Virus record (IMG/VR): IMGVR_UViG_3300020122_000665
Location: 1 to 64,000 of that record
Source of the DNA: a virus
Length of the DNA: 64,000 bases
Reading direction: 5' to 3' (one strand)
A model generated the notes under the pieces. It was not told where the DNA came from and did no database searches. It saw only the letters and a list, made by a program, of their open reading frames with translations. Positions 37,488 to 47,567 of this stretch are shown in pieces. The translations under genes and the position numbers were made by a program. Numbering within the stretch: the first letter of the stretch is position 1; each line of letters begins with the position of its first letter.

Positions 37488-38017
37488 TCGACCGGCCCCC
37501 GCACGCCGCGCGCGGCGAGCATGGCATCGGCGATGACGTAGGCGCGCTCCGCCACGAACGCGATGACCGCAGCAAGGCGCTCCTGCGGGGTGGGCGGTGT
37601 TGCGGCAAGGCTCTCGGCCATTGTGGACAGCGCCGCCATCGCGAACTCGTCGCGCAGCGTCTTCACCGCGGGAGCCTGCCCGACTTCACCCGCCTCCTCG
37701 AGCGAGCGCACGATGATTCCGGCGAGATGCTCGTCGGGGATCGGTGCGCCTGCCACGCTCTCGGCGTAGGCGCGCAGCGGCGCGATGATCTCCTCGTTGC
37801 GCCTCCGCTCCTGCTCGAGCGCGCGCGCCGGCGCCGCGAACTCCTCGCCCTTCTCCTGCCACTGCATGCAGATTCCGACGGCGAAGAGGCGCATCCGCTC
37901 GCTCACCGGGAACGACTGGTCGCGAAAGCAGAGGTCGGGGCGCCTGAAAATTGGCCCGCCGGCCAGGTCTTCGGCGGATCCCTTCGGTCGGTGACAGATG
38001 CTGCACTCTGGTCGCAT
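37484..38017 (-). CDS. Hypothetical phage protein
   Basis: TLRDEFAMAAL...AYVIADAMLAAR motif common in small phage proteins. Confidence 0.6.
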   Translation of the reverse strand: MRPECSICHRPKGSAEDLAGGPIFRRPDLCFRDQSFPVSERMRLFAVGICMQWQEKGEEFAAPARALEQERRRNEEIIAPLRAYAESVAGAPIPDEHLAGIIVRSLEEAGEVGQAPAVKTLRDEFAMAALSTMAESLAATPPTPQERLAAVIAFVAERAYVIADAMLAARGVRGPVE

Positions 38018-38026
38018 GAGCGTCTC

Positions 38027-39415
38027 CTACTGCAGGTGCGGCGGCGGCTCACCGCCGGCGAGGTTCTCGAATCGCGTGTACGCGTTCAGGAAGGCGAGCT
38101 TCACCGTCCCCGTCGGGCCGTTGCGCTGCTTGCCGATGATGATCTCGGCGACGCCCTTGTCCGGCGACTCCTTGTCGTAGACCTCGTCGCGGTAGATGAA
38201 GGCGATCACGTCGGCGTCCTGCTCGATCGCACCGCTCTCGCGCAGGTCCGACAGCTGCGGCCGTTTGTCGGCGCGCGACTCGACGCCGCGGTTGAGCTGC
38301 GACAGCGCGAGGATCGGCACGCGCAACTCCTTCGCGAGCGCCTTCAGGCCGCGGCTGATCTCGGAGATCTCGCGCTCGCGGTTCTGCTCGCGCTTCCCCT
38401 CCGCCTGGCGACCGTGAATGAGCTGCAGGTAGTCGACGACGATCATTCCCTGCTGACGGTCGACGGTGAAAATATCCGGGTCAGAGCGCCACCGACGGGA
38501 CCTCGCGCGGATCTCGAGTAGCGTCGGAGAACCAGAGTCGTCGATCCAGATCGGCGCCTCGGAGATTCGGCTCGCCGCCCTGGTGATGTTGATCCAGTCG
38601 CGCTGCTCGAGCATCCCGCAGCGCAGGCGCGTCGCGTCGACGCGCGCCTCGCAGCACACCATTCGCTCGACGAGCGACTCCTTCGACATCTCGAGCGAGA
38701 AGACCAGCACCGGCACGCCGAACTCGATGGCGGCATTCTGCGCCGTGTTCATCACCAGCGAGGTCTTCCCCATCGACGGGCGCGCGGCGATGATCACGAG
38801 ATCGGCGGGCTGGAACCCGGCGGTGAGCGCGTCGAGCTTGTGGTAGCCCGACGGCACGCCCGTAATCGCCTGCTTGCGGTCGTAGCGCGACTCGAGCGCC
38901 TTCACCGTGCTGCCGAGGATCTTCTTGACGGGGTGGTAGGAGCTTCTCTGCGCGCGCTGCGCGATCTCGAACACCGCGCGCTCCGCCTCGTCGACGAACT
39001 CGTCGACGTCGCCGTAGTCGCCGTAGCCCTTAGCGGCGATCTCCTGCGACGCCTCGATGAGGCGGCGCGCCGTCGCCTTGCCCTGCACGATGCGCGCATG
39101 GAAGGCGATGTTCTCGACAGTGACGACGGCGCTCGTCAGCTCGGAGAAGTAGGCCTCGCCGTTGAACGCCTTCAGCTCCGTGTACGAGTCGTTGGCGCGC
39201 ATCTGCTCGGCGACGGTGATCTGATCGATCGGCTTCGACGCCGCGTCGAGCTCGATGAACGCTTTGTAAATCGCCCGGTGGAGCGGGTGGTGGAAGTCCT
39301 CTGGAACGACCACGTCGGAGACCTGGCTGAAGGCCTTCGCGTAGAGCAGCACACCGCCGAGGACGGAGACCTCGGACTCGTGGCTGTAGGGGAGCACTCG
39401 TCGAGTGGGATTCAT
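38027..39415 (-). CDS. dnaB: Replicative DNA helicase
   Basis: AARPSMGKT, FSLEM, VDYLQL, LSQLNR, SDLRESGAIEQDAD, KQRNGPTG. Confidence 0.96.
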   Translation of the reverse strand: MNPTRRVLPYSHESEVSVLGGVLLYAKAFSQVSDVVVPEDFHHPLHRAIYKAFIELDAASKPIDQITVAEQMRANDSYTELKAFNGEAYFSELTSAVVTVENIAFHARIVQGKATARRLIEASQEIAAKGYGDYGDVDEFVDEAERAVFEIAQRAQRSSYHPVKKILGSTVKALESRYDRKQAITGVPSGYHKLDALTAGFQPADLVIIAARPSMGKTSLVMNTAQNAAIEFGVPVLVFSLEMSKESLVERMVCCEARVDATRLRCGMLEQRDWINITRAASRISEAPIWIDDSGSPTLLEIRARSRRWRSDPDIFTVDRQQGMIVVDYLQLIHGRQAEGKREQNREREISEISRGLKALAKELRVPILALSQLNRGVESRADKRPQLSDLRESGAIEQDADVIAFIYRDEVYDKESPDKGVAEIIIGKQRNGPTGTVKLAFLNAYTRFENLAGGEPPPHLQ

Positions 39416-40308
39416 TTCTTCTCCTGCTTCAGGCCGCTGGACTTGCGCAAGTTCGCGAGGATCTCCTCCGCCGGTGGAACCGGCTTCACGGGACGCGCGT
39501 CGGCGCGCTCGCGCTCCGTCTCCTCGTGCGTCTTGTGAGCGCGCGCCGGAGCGACGGTGGTAGCGGCGGCGGCCGGGATGACGTCGAGGTAGTCGCGCCA
39601 GCAGCCCATGAACGTTGCAAAGTGCTTGATGAACTTCACCTCGACGCCGCGCATCCCGGCGGCATAGTTCGCCACCGCCTTCCGCAGCGACTGGTAGTCC
39701 GCCTCCTTCGAGATCTGCTCTCGACAGAGCTTCATCCCGCGCGTCTTGCCCTCCTTGCGCGGGTAGAGCGAGTAGACCGCATCGAAGTCGAACTTCGGCG
39801 CTCGAGTCTGTCCTGAGAGCAGCGCAGCTTGAGGACTCGCGCTCTCTGTGTTTGTAGAAGAAGCTGCAACAGCAACTGCAACAGCAACTGCAGGGGAATG
39901 CGTTTCCGATGCAGGAGCACTGCGCCCGCTTTGATCCTGCACATGCGAAACTGATGCGTTCGCATGAGCGTCCCACCGGACCTTTGCGGCTCTCGTGTTC
40001 TTTTCCCGCTTATCCTCCTGCCGTTTTCTCTCAGCCTCCATCCGCGCCGAGACGAGACGATTCGTCGAGGAATCGTGGACGAAACGGTCGCCAATCTTCT
40101 TCCAAACGGGCCGGAAACGGTTGAGGTGCAGCCGACAAATCTCCGCCAAAGACACCTCGTCTGTCGGCAACCCGCCCTCGCGCCAGGCGAAGCAGAGGAG
40201 GTCGACGAACACCCCTTTCGCCTCGTGCCCGGCGAGGCTCATCTTCAGGTCGGCGAGCCAGTCGGCGGCGTAGAACGGGAACGCCGGCGCCTTTCCTTCG
40301 CGCGCCAC
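39412..40308 (-). CDS. Phage replication initiator (DUF1376/YdaU-like N-terminus)
   Basis: APAFPFYAADWLAD...KGVFVDLLCFAW; C-terminal YPRKEGK...KHFATF; directly upstream of dnaB. Confidence 0.8.
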   Translation of the reverse strand: MAREGKAPAFPFYAADWLADLKMSLAGHEAKGVFVDLLCFAWREGGLPTDEVSLAEICRLHLNRFRPVWKKIGDRFVHDSSTNRLVSARMEAERKRQEDKREKNTRAAKVRWDAHANASVSHVQDQSGRSAPASETHSPAVAVAVAVAASSTNTESASPQAALLSGQTRAPKFDFDAVYSLYPRKEGKTRGMKLCREQISKEADYQSLRKAVANYAAGMRGVEVKFIKHFATFMGCWRDYLDVIPAAAATTVAPARAHKTHEETERERADARPVKPVPPAEEILANLRKSSGLKQEKK

Positions 40309-40907
40309 CTATCGCGCCCTCGACCCGAGCCACATCAGGAACCCGAGCAGCAGCAGCGCGAACGGCGCCGCAACCGCAATCACCATGCGCGGGCGCCAGA
40401 TCTTCCGGGGATGCATCCCGGCAATCGGCAGCGACTCCCACTGCCCCGCGACGCTCCTCGAGCGGATCCCGTCCGCTAGGACGTAGGACGCCGGACGCAG
40501 AGCACCGGCGTTGTCGCAGAAACGCACGTCGTCGTGCATCGAGCCCTCCGCGCGCCACGGTGACGCGCTCAACCTGCTTCAGTCCCTGTCGCCGGTCTTG
40601 CTCCGGCTCGTGGCTCAGGGCGTCGCTTCTTGCCGATGTCGATCGGCGGTCCGCTTCGGGACCAGAGCTTTCGGTGACTCCGTCACCCGCTCTACGTGTT
40701 CGCGTCGCCGTTCACCGAAGACAGGGGAACCAGCGTGTCGCCCTCTCCGACACGGTTCTCCGTCTGCACCCCCATTGCGGGCGCGTTGGATCGCGGGGGA
40801 GCGCGCGCTCGCCGCCGCTTCGTCGCGACCTCTCCCTCGGTCTTCATCTCACCAAGGGAGAGGCCAAAGACGACGCTGTAGAAGAGGAAGATCATCTGCG
40901 ACGTCGA

Positions 40908-41795
40908 CTACTCGTCGTCGCTGCTGTCGAAGCCGCCCGCGAGCAGCGTCGGCTCCGGGTGACCGGCGAGCACCTCGAGGCCCGTCTTCGAGATCACCTC
41001 CTGGCGCACCGCCTGGAAGGCGTCCTTCACGATGAGGTGCGGCGTGACGAGCTCGTAGGCGAACTGCGGGCGGCCGCTGTTCAGGTTGAAGCGGAAGCGC
41101 GCCTCGACGCGGTAGAGCACGCCCGCCTCGAACACCGGGATGCCGAGGAGGAACGTCTTCGGGATCGGCGTCGAGGTCGTCTCGTGCTCGGTCTTGTTGA
41201 CGACGGAGAACTCGCCGGTCGACGGGTTGATCGAGCGCGAGAACTCGCCCTTGCTGCGGATGATGAGGTTGCGCGTCGTCTCGAGCAGCTTCGCGGGCGA
41301 CACGACGCCCACGTCCGCCGGCGTCGGCGCGGCGAGGTCGGCCATGTTGTCCTCGATGTGCTGGCCGATGTCGTCCTGCGACATCCACTTCCCGCTCTGG
41401 TCCTTCCACGTCTTCCACTGCACCGACAGCGGGCAGACGTAGATGGCGCGGTGGTCGCCCCACCGGGGATCCGCGGCGGCGCCCGCCTTGTGGTAGTTGA
41501 GGACCGCGGTGAGCTCGATCTGCTCGCTGTCGGCGTAGACGATGGATCCGTCGTCCTTGAAGCGCTGCACGTGCTTCACGAAGCTCTCGAGCTCGTGCAG
41601 GACGGCCGTGCCCGTGCGGCGCGACGGCTTCGTGGCGCGCTTCTCCTGCTCGTCGAGGAGGCCCTCGAGCGTCTTCAGCGTCATCCCGGCCGGCACGAGC
41701 GCGACGGGGATGTCGGCGATCACGCCGTGGCGACCTTCGAGGATCGCGAGTTGCGCGCCGGCGTCGAGCGCGACCTTGGTGTTCGGATTCTCCAT
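40908..41795 (-). CDS. DUF2303 (YfdQ-like) protein
   Basis: TAVLNYH...WGDHRAIY...W, IPVFE motifs. Confidence 0.8.
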   Translation of the reverse strand: MENPNTKVALDAGAQLAILEGRHGVIADIPVALVPAGMTLKTLEGLLDEQEKRATKPSRRTGTAVLHELESFVKHVQRFKDDGSIVYADSEQIELTAVLNYHKAGAAADPRWGDHRAIYVCPLSVQWKTWKDQSGKWMSQDDIGQHIEDNMADLAAPTPADVGVVSPAKLLETTRNLIIRSKGEFSRSINPSTGEFSVVNKTEHETTSTPIPKTFLLGIPVFEAGVLYRVEARFRFNLNSGRPQFAYELVTPHLIVKDAFQAVRQEVISKTGLEVLAGHPEPTLLAGGFDSSDDE

Positions 41796-41872
41796 GGATC
41801 AGCCCTCCTGGGCAGTGGTGGTGGTGGTGCGTGTTCCTTCGCGCGCCCGAGGCGCGCGGCGGCGTCTCGGAG

Positions 41873-42244
41873 CTACTCGGAGCGCGCCGGGCCGACGGCG
41901 CGCAGCGGCACCGGCTCGGCGGGCTTGTTGATGTCCTTCATCTCCTGCTGGCGGGGGTCGCTGCGCAGCAGGGCGCCGTTCTCGGCGGCGAAGTACATCG
42001 ACGCGTCGTTGACCGGCTGCGGCATCTTCACGCCGACCTTCGACTTGAGGACGATCATCGAACCCTCCTGGGTCAGATTGATCGTCAGCGTCAAGGCGCC
42101 GGACTTCTTCGTCTCCCGCACGCCGCGGACGACGGTGGCGAGCTGGTGCGTCAGCTGCGCGTTGAGGCGCCCCTCGTCGAGGTCGGCGAGGAACTTGTTG
42201 AAGTCGACGGGCGGCGGGGGAGCGGGCTTCGTCTTCTCGGTCAT
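41873..42244 (-). CDS. YfdP-like partner of DUF2303
   Basis: FLADLDEG...KSGALTLTI...ENGALLRSDPRQ; the usual gene pair. Confidence 0.65.
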   Translation of the reverse strand: MTEKTKPAPPPPVDFNKFLADLDEGRLNAQLTHQLATVVRGVRETKKSGALTLTINLTQEGSMIVLKSKVGVKMPQPVNDASMYFAAENGALLRSDPRQQEMKDINKPAEPVPLRAVGPARSE

Positions 42245-42702
42245 CGTGCTCTCCTTGGTTGAAAGCGGTTCAGGCGGCGCGCGCCGCGGTGGTCTTCATC
42301 GTCGACAGGCGCCGGCCGCGCTCGCGCGCGGTCATGCGCGCCAGGTCGTCCCGCTCCTTGCGGTGGAGCGCGAGGCGTCGCGACAGCTCGTCGGTGGTGG
42401 GCTTCTTCGGATTCGCGGAGGGCACCGACTTCAGCACCCACCGACGGAGAATCTTCGCGGTCTTCTCGTTCACGTGGCTCCTCCTTGGCGGACCCTTCGT
42501 TTGTCGTCGGCGAGCTGCTTCCGGTAGCGGTGCACGAGCTTCTCGACGACAGCGGCCTGCTTCACGCTGAGTGGACCGACGAGGCCTCTCACGTCGCGAA
42601 CGAAGCGCTTGGTGAACGTCGCCGGCGCGAAGGTGCATCCCGCGAGCGCGCGCACCGCATCCTGGTGCGTCGTGAAACCGCGCTCGCCCATCGCATTCGC
42701 GA

Positions 42703-43206
42703 TCACGCCGCGGCCTCGACTTCGACGAGTATTCGCGGGCGCTCCCTGTCAAGCTCGAGGCGCGACCCGTCCCATCCTCGAATCAGCGAATCGTTGACGA
42801 TGAACCCGGCGCGCTGCAGGTAGTCGCCAAGCCCCTTCAGATAGTTGTCGAGGTCCGCCTTGACGGCGCGCGAGCGGTAGAACGTCGCCTTGACGATCAC
42901 CGGCACCTGCACCGTGCCGAAAATGGCGCGGCGGATCTCGGGAACCTGCTCCATCGCAGCGTGAAACCACCGACGGTAAGTTGCGCTCGGGACCGTGCCG
43001 CTACCCGACCGACTGTTGCCCTTCGTCCTCGGAGCGCCTTCGATGGTGAAGATCCACCCGAGGTTCGCGGGCTCGAGCGCGGCGACGGGCGGCTGCGCGC
43101 GCTTCACGGGGCGCCGCTTCGGCGCCGCGACGCCGGCAACGCGCGGGTCTCCCTTCGCCCGCAGCGAGGCGATCAAGGCGTTGCCCCACTGGCCGCGATT
43201 GGCCAC
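42703..43206 (-). CDS. rusA: RusA-like Holliday junction resolvase
   Basis: ADLDNYLKGLGDYLQRAGFIVNDSLI. Confidence 0.8.
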   Translation of the reverse strand: MANRGQWGNALIASLRAKGDPRVAGVAAPKRRPVKRAQPPVAALEPANLGWIFTIEGAPRTKGNSRSGSGTVPSATYRRWFHAAMEQVPEIRRAIFGTVQVPVIVKATFYRSRAVKADLDNYLKGLGDYLQRAGFIVNDSLIRGWDGSRLELDRERPRILVEVEAAA

Positions 43207-43468
43207 TCCTCAGACCTCTCCGCGGGGCCGGCGCGAATCGTGGCGCTTGGGACACCACGTCGGCGATCGGTCGTCGTCGTGAGCTACTGCGCGCCTGCTC
43301 AGGTTGCGCGCACTCGTGCGAGCACCTACGTTCACGAGATGCGCGTTCGGTTCACTACCGAAAGACGAGTCGCTCTCCGAGGCGAGGTGCGGGCGGTCGT
43401 CAGCGCGCGCGACAACGAGGTCCGCACGACGATCAAGACGCCACCAGCCAGAAAAGACTTGCCGCACG

Positions 43469-43729
43469 CTAAGCCGCCGCGCGCGCCGCGACGAGCTGAT
43501 CGATCACGTCGTCGAGCTCCGGGTGAGCTTTCGTGACGGGGACCGCACCGTCGGTAACGAGGTGGATGCGGACGGCGATCCGGATGCTCGGGATGCGCCC
43601 GCCGCCAGCCTCGGGGCCGCGCGTGTACTTCGAGACCTCGGGCTGCTCGACGCCGATCAACCGAGCGAACTCGGTTTGGGTGACGTCGTTCTTCTTCAGC
43701 CAGCCGTCCAGCAGGGCAGCGTAGTTCAT
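43469..43729 (-). CDS. Cro-like XRE HTH regulator
   Basis: TQTEFARLIGVEQPEVSKY; divergent from the cI-like gene. Confidence 0.8.
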   Translation of the reverse strand: MNYAALLDGWLKKNDVTQTEFARLIGVEQPEVSKYTRGPEAGGGRIPSIRIAVRIHLVTDGAVPVTKAHPELDDVIDQLVAARAAA

Positions 43730-43736
43730 GCCTACG

Positions 43737-43765
43737 CAGTTAGCCTGCACTAGTGCAGCGGTCAA
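43737..43765 (-). promoter_or_regulatory. PR-like promoter with GCACTAGTGC operator
   Basis: TTGACC-GCT-GCACTAGTGC (43747-43756). Confidence 0.7.
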
Positions 43766-43816
43766 TCTTATTTTTGAAGTTGCATCGTGAACATGACCTA
43801 TGGCACGGTGTACTAC

Positions 43817-44311
43817 ATGAGTCGCGAAGCGGGTTTAACCGCCGATGAGCGGGAGAGAGAAATCGTGCAGAAAAACTGCATTCGCTTCCGGCACGAGCTC
43901 GGCGAAGCGCTCGGCATCGACGTGTCGCAGCAGATGGTTGCAGACATGTCCGGCCTGTCGCTCGACGCCGTGCGAGGATTCGAGCAGGGGCGCCGCGTTC
44001 CCGAGCGGAAGTCGATCATCAAGCTCAGCGCGGTCTTCGGTCGCCCGTTCGAGCACTTCCTCGACGCGGACCCACCTCCGCCCGATCCGGCGAAGCGCAA
44101 GGCGTGGTTCGTCCATCGGAAGGTGCTCGGGAAGGCCCCGGCCGGGCTCGAGGAAGCGATCGACGGAATCATTGCCCGCTATCGGGCCATCTCCGACGTG
44201 ATCCCGGGAACGACGGTGCGGGGCTCGGTCTCCGCGCGCGGAGCCGAGAAGCTCCGCCAGGCGGCTGCTAGTGGTGCGCGCGGGACGCGGTCGCCACGAA
44301 AGAAGAAGTGA
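43817..44311 (+). CDS. CI-like XRE repressor without an S24 peptidase domain
   Basis: SQQMVADMSGLSLDAVRGFEQGRRVP HTH; divergent from cro. Confidence 0.75.
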   Translation: MSREAGLTADEREREIVQKNCIRFRHELGEALGIDVSQQMVADMSGLSLDAVRGFEQGRRVPERKSIIKLSAVFGRPFEHFLDADPPPPDPAKRKAWFVHRKVLGKAPAGLEEAIDGIIARYRAISDVIPGTTVRGSVSARGAEKLRQAAASGARGTRSPRKKK

Positions 44312-44663
44312 CGCTCTGCCGCGCGGCGAGCGCCATCGCCGCCAGGACGTCGTTGTCGCCCTTCTCGACGTAGCCGAACACCTTCGCCCGCTCTGCCCTC
44401 TTCTGGTCGGCCTCGTCGTAGTGGCCGGTCATGATCACGATCTCCGCGCGCGGGCAGACCTTGCGGAAGCTCTCGATCGCGTCAATTCCTGTCCCCATTG
44501 ACGAGCCACGAAACCAGACGTCAAGGAGGATCACCGACGGCTGCCAATCCTCGGCAGCTCTCAGTCCTTCCTCGATGCAGCGCGCGGTGCGCGTCTCACC
44601 GTCGAGACATCGTTGCAGGCGAGCGCGGAATGCGTCGTCGTCGTCCACGATAAGGGTCGTCAT
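44268..44663 (-). CDS. Single-domain response regulator receiver
   Basis: LIVDDD, ILLD (phospho-Asp), IMTG, YVEK. Confidence 0.85.
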   Translation of the reverse strand: MTTLIVDDDDAFRARLQRCLDGETRTARCIEEGLRAAEDWQPSVILLDVWFRGSSMGTGIDAIESFRKVCPRAEIVIMTGHYDEADQKRAERAKVFGYVEKGDNDVLAAMALAARQSVTSSFVATASRAHH

Positions 44664-44821
44664 CCCGCCATCTCCCCGCAGATGAATCAAAAGTAATCGA
44701 TAGTCCCACACCCGCGTCGCTTCCGTCGGTCAGCCCCCATACACATCACATAAACGAAGCCGAAGCACGTCCTACGTGTGATGCCGTTTGGATCTTTCTT
44801 GGCTAGCTCGAACGATTCTTA

Positions 44822-44850
44822 TTGACTGCTGCACTAGTACGAGTTAGCTT
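44822..44850 (+). promoter_or_regulatory. PL-like promoter with GCACTAGTAC operator
   Basis: TTGACT-17 nt-TAGCTT; operator at 44831-44840. Confidence 0.75.
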
Positions 44851-44891
44851 AGCTCCATCGTCCTAGATCGGGACGAAGGAGGAAGCAGGCA

Positions 44892-46109
44892 ATGGATGGA
44901 GAGTCGCCGTTCGCTCTCGTGAAGAGCGAATATCAGGGTCTCACGATGACGTGCTCGCCGGCCGAGGCGAAGCGCCGGATGCAGGAGCTCCAGGGCTTCG
45001 TGCAACAGGCAATGGTCGAAGGCGTCGACTTCGGCGTCATCCCGGGCACGAGGGAGAAATCGCTCTGGCAGTCCGGCGCGCAGAAGCTCTGCGAGATGTA
45101 CGGGCTCGCGGTCGACTTCGTCATCGAGGAGAAGAGCGAGGACTGGGAGCGCGGCTTTTTCCACTACCGCGTCAAGTGCGTGCTCCGCGACCGCCGGAGC
45201 AACGTCCTCGTCGGCGTCGGATACGGCTCCTGCAACAGCAAGGAGAAGAAGTACGCGGGTCGGTGGGTGCCCGAGGCCGACGTCGGGTCGTGGTTCGACA
45301 AGACGAAACTCCGCCAGCGCGAGGGGACCTCGTGGCTGTGGAAGAGCAAGGTCCCGGCGGGCATCGACATCGCGAAGCTGCCGACCGAGGAGAGAGACGG
45401 CCGGGAAGGCAGCAAGTACACCGTCTACGGGGTGACGATGAAGCAGTTCTTCGTCCCCAACGAGGACGTGTGCGACCTCGTCAACACCTTCCTCAAGATG
45501 GCGTGCAAGCGCTCGCACGTGCACGCGACGCTCGCCGTCACCCGCTCGGGCGGCGTCTTCGGCCAGGATCTCGAAGACCTGCCGCCGGAGGTCATCGGAG
45601 CGGCGGCGGGGCGGCGCTCGTGGGAAGTCCTCGAGGTCGATGTGACGGAGGAGACGACCGGGTCCTCGTCGCCCCCGGCGGCGAGCGTGGTGACGACGCC
45701 GTCGAAGGAGCCGGCTCCCAAGGTCGACCTCGCGGCGAAGCTCAACGAGATCCTGGCTGCGCTCAAGGCCTCGACGACCGAGGAGGAGATGAGGGAGAAC
45801 GCGAAGCAGGCTGGCGCCGCCTTCGCTGAAGGCTCGAAAGAGCGGAATCAGTACGGCGCCGCGTTCAGGGCGCACCGCGACGGGCTCGTCGATGTGAAGG
45901 CGCGGGACGCCGCGGCGGAAGAGGCCCGCGACGTCCTGCAGCGCTTCTGGACCGACAAGCTCGAAGCCTGCAAGACGCAGGAGGCCGTGACGCAGCTCGA
46001 GAAGGAGACGCCCGACAACCTCGGGCGCCAGGACGCGGAGTGGATCGCCCACGCCTTCTCGGAGCGTCGCAAGGCGATCACCAGGGCCGCGACGACGGCG
46101 GCCGCCTGA
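44892..46109 (+). CDS. Putative single-strand annealing / recombination protein
   Basis: GVDFGVIPGT...GAQKL, GSCNSKE and NTFLKMACKR motifs; coupled to an exonuclease. Confidence 0.6.
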   Translation: MDGESPFALVKSEYQGLTMTCSPAEAKRRMQELQGFVQQAMVEGVDFGVIPGTREKSLWQSGAQKLCEMYGLAVDFVIEEKSEDWERGFFHYRVKCVLRDRRSNVLVGVGYGSCNSKEKKYAGRWVPEADVGSWFDKTKLRQREGTSWLWKSKVPAGIDIAKLPTEERDGREGSKYTVYGVTMKQFFVPNEDVCDLVNTFLKMACKRSHVHATLAVTRSGGVFGQDLEDLPPEVIGAAAGRRSWEVLEVDVTEETTGSSSPPAASVVTTPSKEPAPKVDLAAKLNEILAALKASTTEEEMRENAKQAGAAFAEGSKERNQYGAAFRAHRDGLVDVKARDAAAEEARDVLQRFWTDKLEACKTQEAVTQLEKETPDNLGRQDAEWIAHAFSERRKAITRAATTAAA

Positions 46110-47425
46110 TGTGCGGCCGGCGACAGGGCGCTCCTCTCCCGCTGCTGCCCACGGCGAGCGCGCTCCCGCGAGCGATGCTGTGTCCACCGTCGGTGTTTCT
46201 GCCCCGCGTCGACGACGTGGTCGACAGCGAGTGGGCGGCCTACGGCAACGGCGCGCACGCGTTCATGGTGCGCGCCGAGGAGGTCGGCCGCGAAGCGGCG
46301 CTCGAGGAGATTCCTGCGGACGCGTCGTGGCGCAACCTCTGCGAGCAGATCCCGCTCGAGAAGCTGCCAAAGGGCGGCCGATACGAGGTGTCTCTCAGGT
46401 GGAACCACCGCACCGGGAAGGCGCGCATCCTCGGCTACGACCTCAAGCCGCACGCGGGAGGCACCTACCCGCCGAGGGAGGATGCCGCGGACTACGACGG
46501 GACGGCGGACCTCGTCGCGACGGTCATGCTGCCCGACGGCACGAAGGCGGTGCTGGTAATCGACTTCAAGAGCGGCTACCGGCGCATCGGCCTGGCGGTC
46601 GATCACAAGCAGGTCAGGTTCCTGGCGCTCGCCGCGGCGCGCGCCCTCGGCGTCGACCACGCGATCGTCGCGCTGGTCTATCTGCGCGACGACGGGTCGC
46701 TGCCGTGGAACGAGGCGCAGCTCGACTTCATTTCGCTCCTGCAGGTCGAGGAGGAGATGGTCGCGCTCGCCAACGAGATCGAGCGGTCGTGGCTGCGCTA
46801 CGAGGCGGGCCTCGGCGTCGACGTCAAGAAAGGGAAGTGCACCTACTGCCCCGCCTACGACTCGTGCCCGGCGAACGTGAAGCTCGCGGGAGCGATCGTC
46901 GCCGAGACGCAGGCGATCGTGAAGCTCGTCGCCGAGAACGCGACGGTCTTCGTCGACGAGGGAAAGGGACTCGTCGAGCGGATGTCGGACGAGAGCGTGT
47001 TCTCCAACGAGGCGGCGGGAGTCGCGCTCTCGCGCGTGCTCCTGGTCGAAGAGCTGCTCAAGCGTGTCAAGCCGGTCCTGAAGGATCGCGCGCGCCGCGC
47101 CCCGCTGCCGCATCCCGACGGCGAGCACGAGTGGCGCGAGGTCGAGGTGCCGGATACCGCGCTCGATGCGGCCGTCGTGCAGAAGGTCGTCACGGAGAAG
47201 CACGGCGAGAAGGCCGGAGCGGAGGTGGTCCAGCTGACGACGTCGCAGAAGGCAATCGAGAACGTGCTGCGACCGATCGCCAAGAAGGGAAAGCTCGCGG
47301 CCATGAAGCGCGACGTGCTCTCCGCCGTCGAGGTGGCAGGCGGCCTCACCAAGACGATCGGGACCGAGGTGAAGCTCGTACCGATCGCCGCGACGCAAAA
47401 AGCCCTCAAGCGGGCCGCGAAGTAG
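46109..47425 (+). CDS. PD-(D/E)XK exonuclease (Cas4/AddB-like, Fe-S)
   Basis: TASAL...CP, GTADLV, IDFKSG, CTYCP...CP. Confidence 0.8.
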   Translation: MCGRRQGAPLPLLPTASALPRAMLCPPSVFLPRVDDVVDSEWAAYGNGAHAFMVRAEEVGREAALEEIPADASWRNLCEQIPLEKLPKGGRYEVSLRWNHRTGKARILGYDLKPHAGGTYPPREDAADYDGTADLVATVMLPDGTKAVLVIDFKSGYRRIGLAVDHKQVRFLALAAARALGVDHAIVALVYLRDDGSLPWNEAQLDFISLLQVEEEMVALANEIERSWLRYEAGLGVDVKKGKCTYCPAYDSCPANVKLAGAIVAETQAIVKLVAENATVFVDEGKGLVERMSDESVFSNEAAGVALSRVLLVEELLKRVKPVLKDRARRAPLPHPDGEHEWREVEVPDTALDAAVVQKVVTEKHGEKAGAEVVQLTTSQKAIENVLRPIAKKGKLAAMKRDVLSAVEVAGGLTKTIGTEVKLVPIAATQKALKRAAK

Positions 47426-47567
47426 GAGGCGTGGTGGAGAAGGAACGGATCAGAGAGCTCGCCGAAGAGGCAGCTCAGAGTATCGAGGGGACGGCGATCC
47501 GCGGCGACGCGCTCGCGCGCTTCCTCGAAGCGTTCATCGCCGAGGTGCTCGTCGAAGCGTGCACCAA

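Noticed and set aside
40573-40907. Possible structured RNA or small ORF between DUF2303 and the replication genes
   Set aside because: Only a few short stems and a weak 67-aa ORF; not distinguishable from GC-rich background by eye
46109-47425. Cas4 as part of a CRISPR-Cas system
   Set aside because: No cas1/cas2 or array; context is a phage recombination pair
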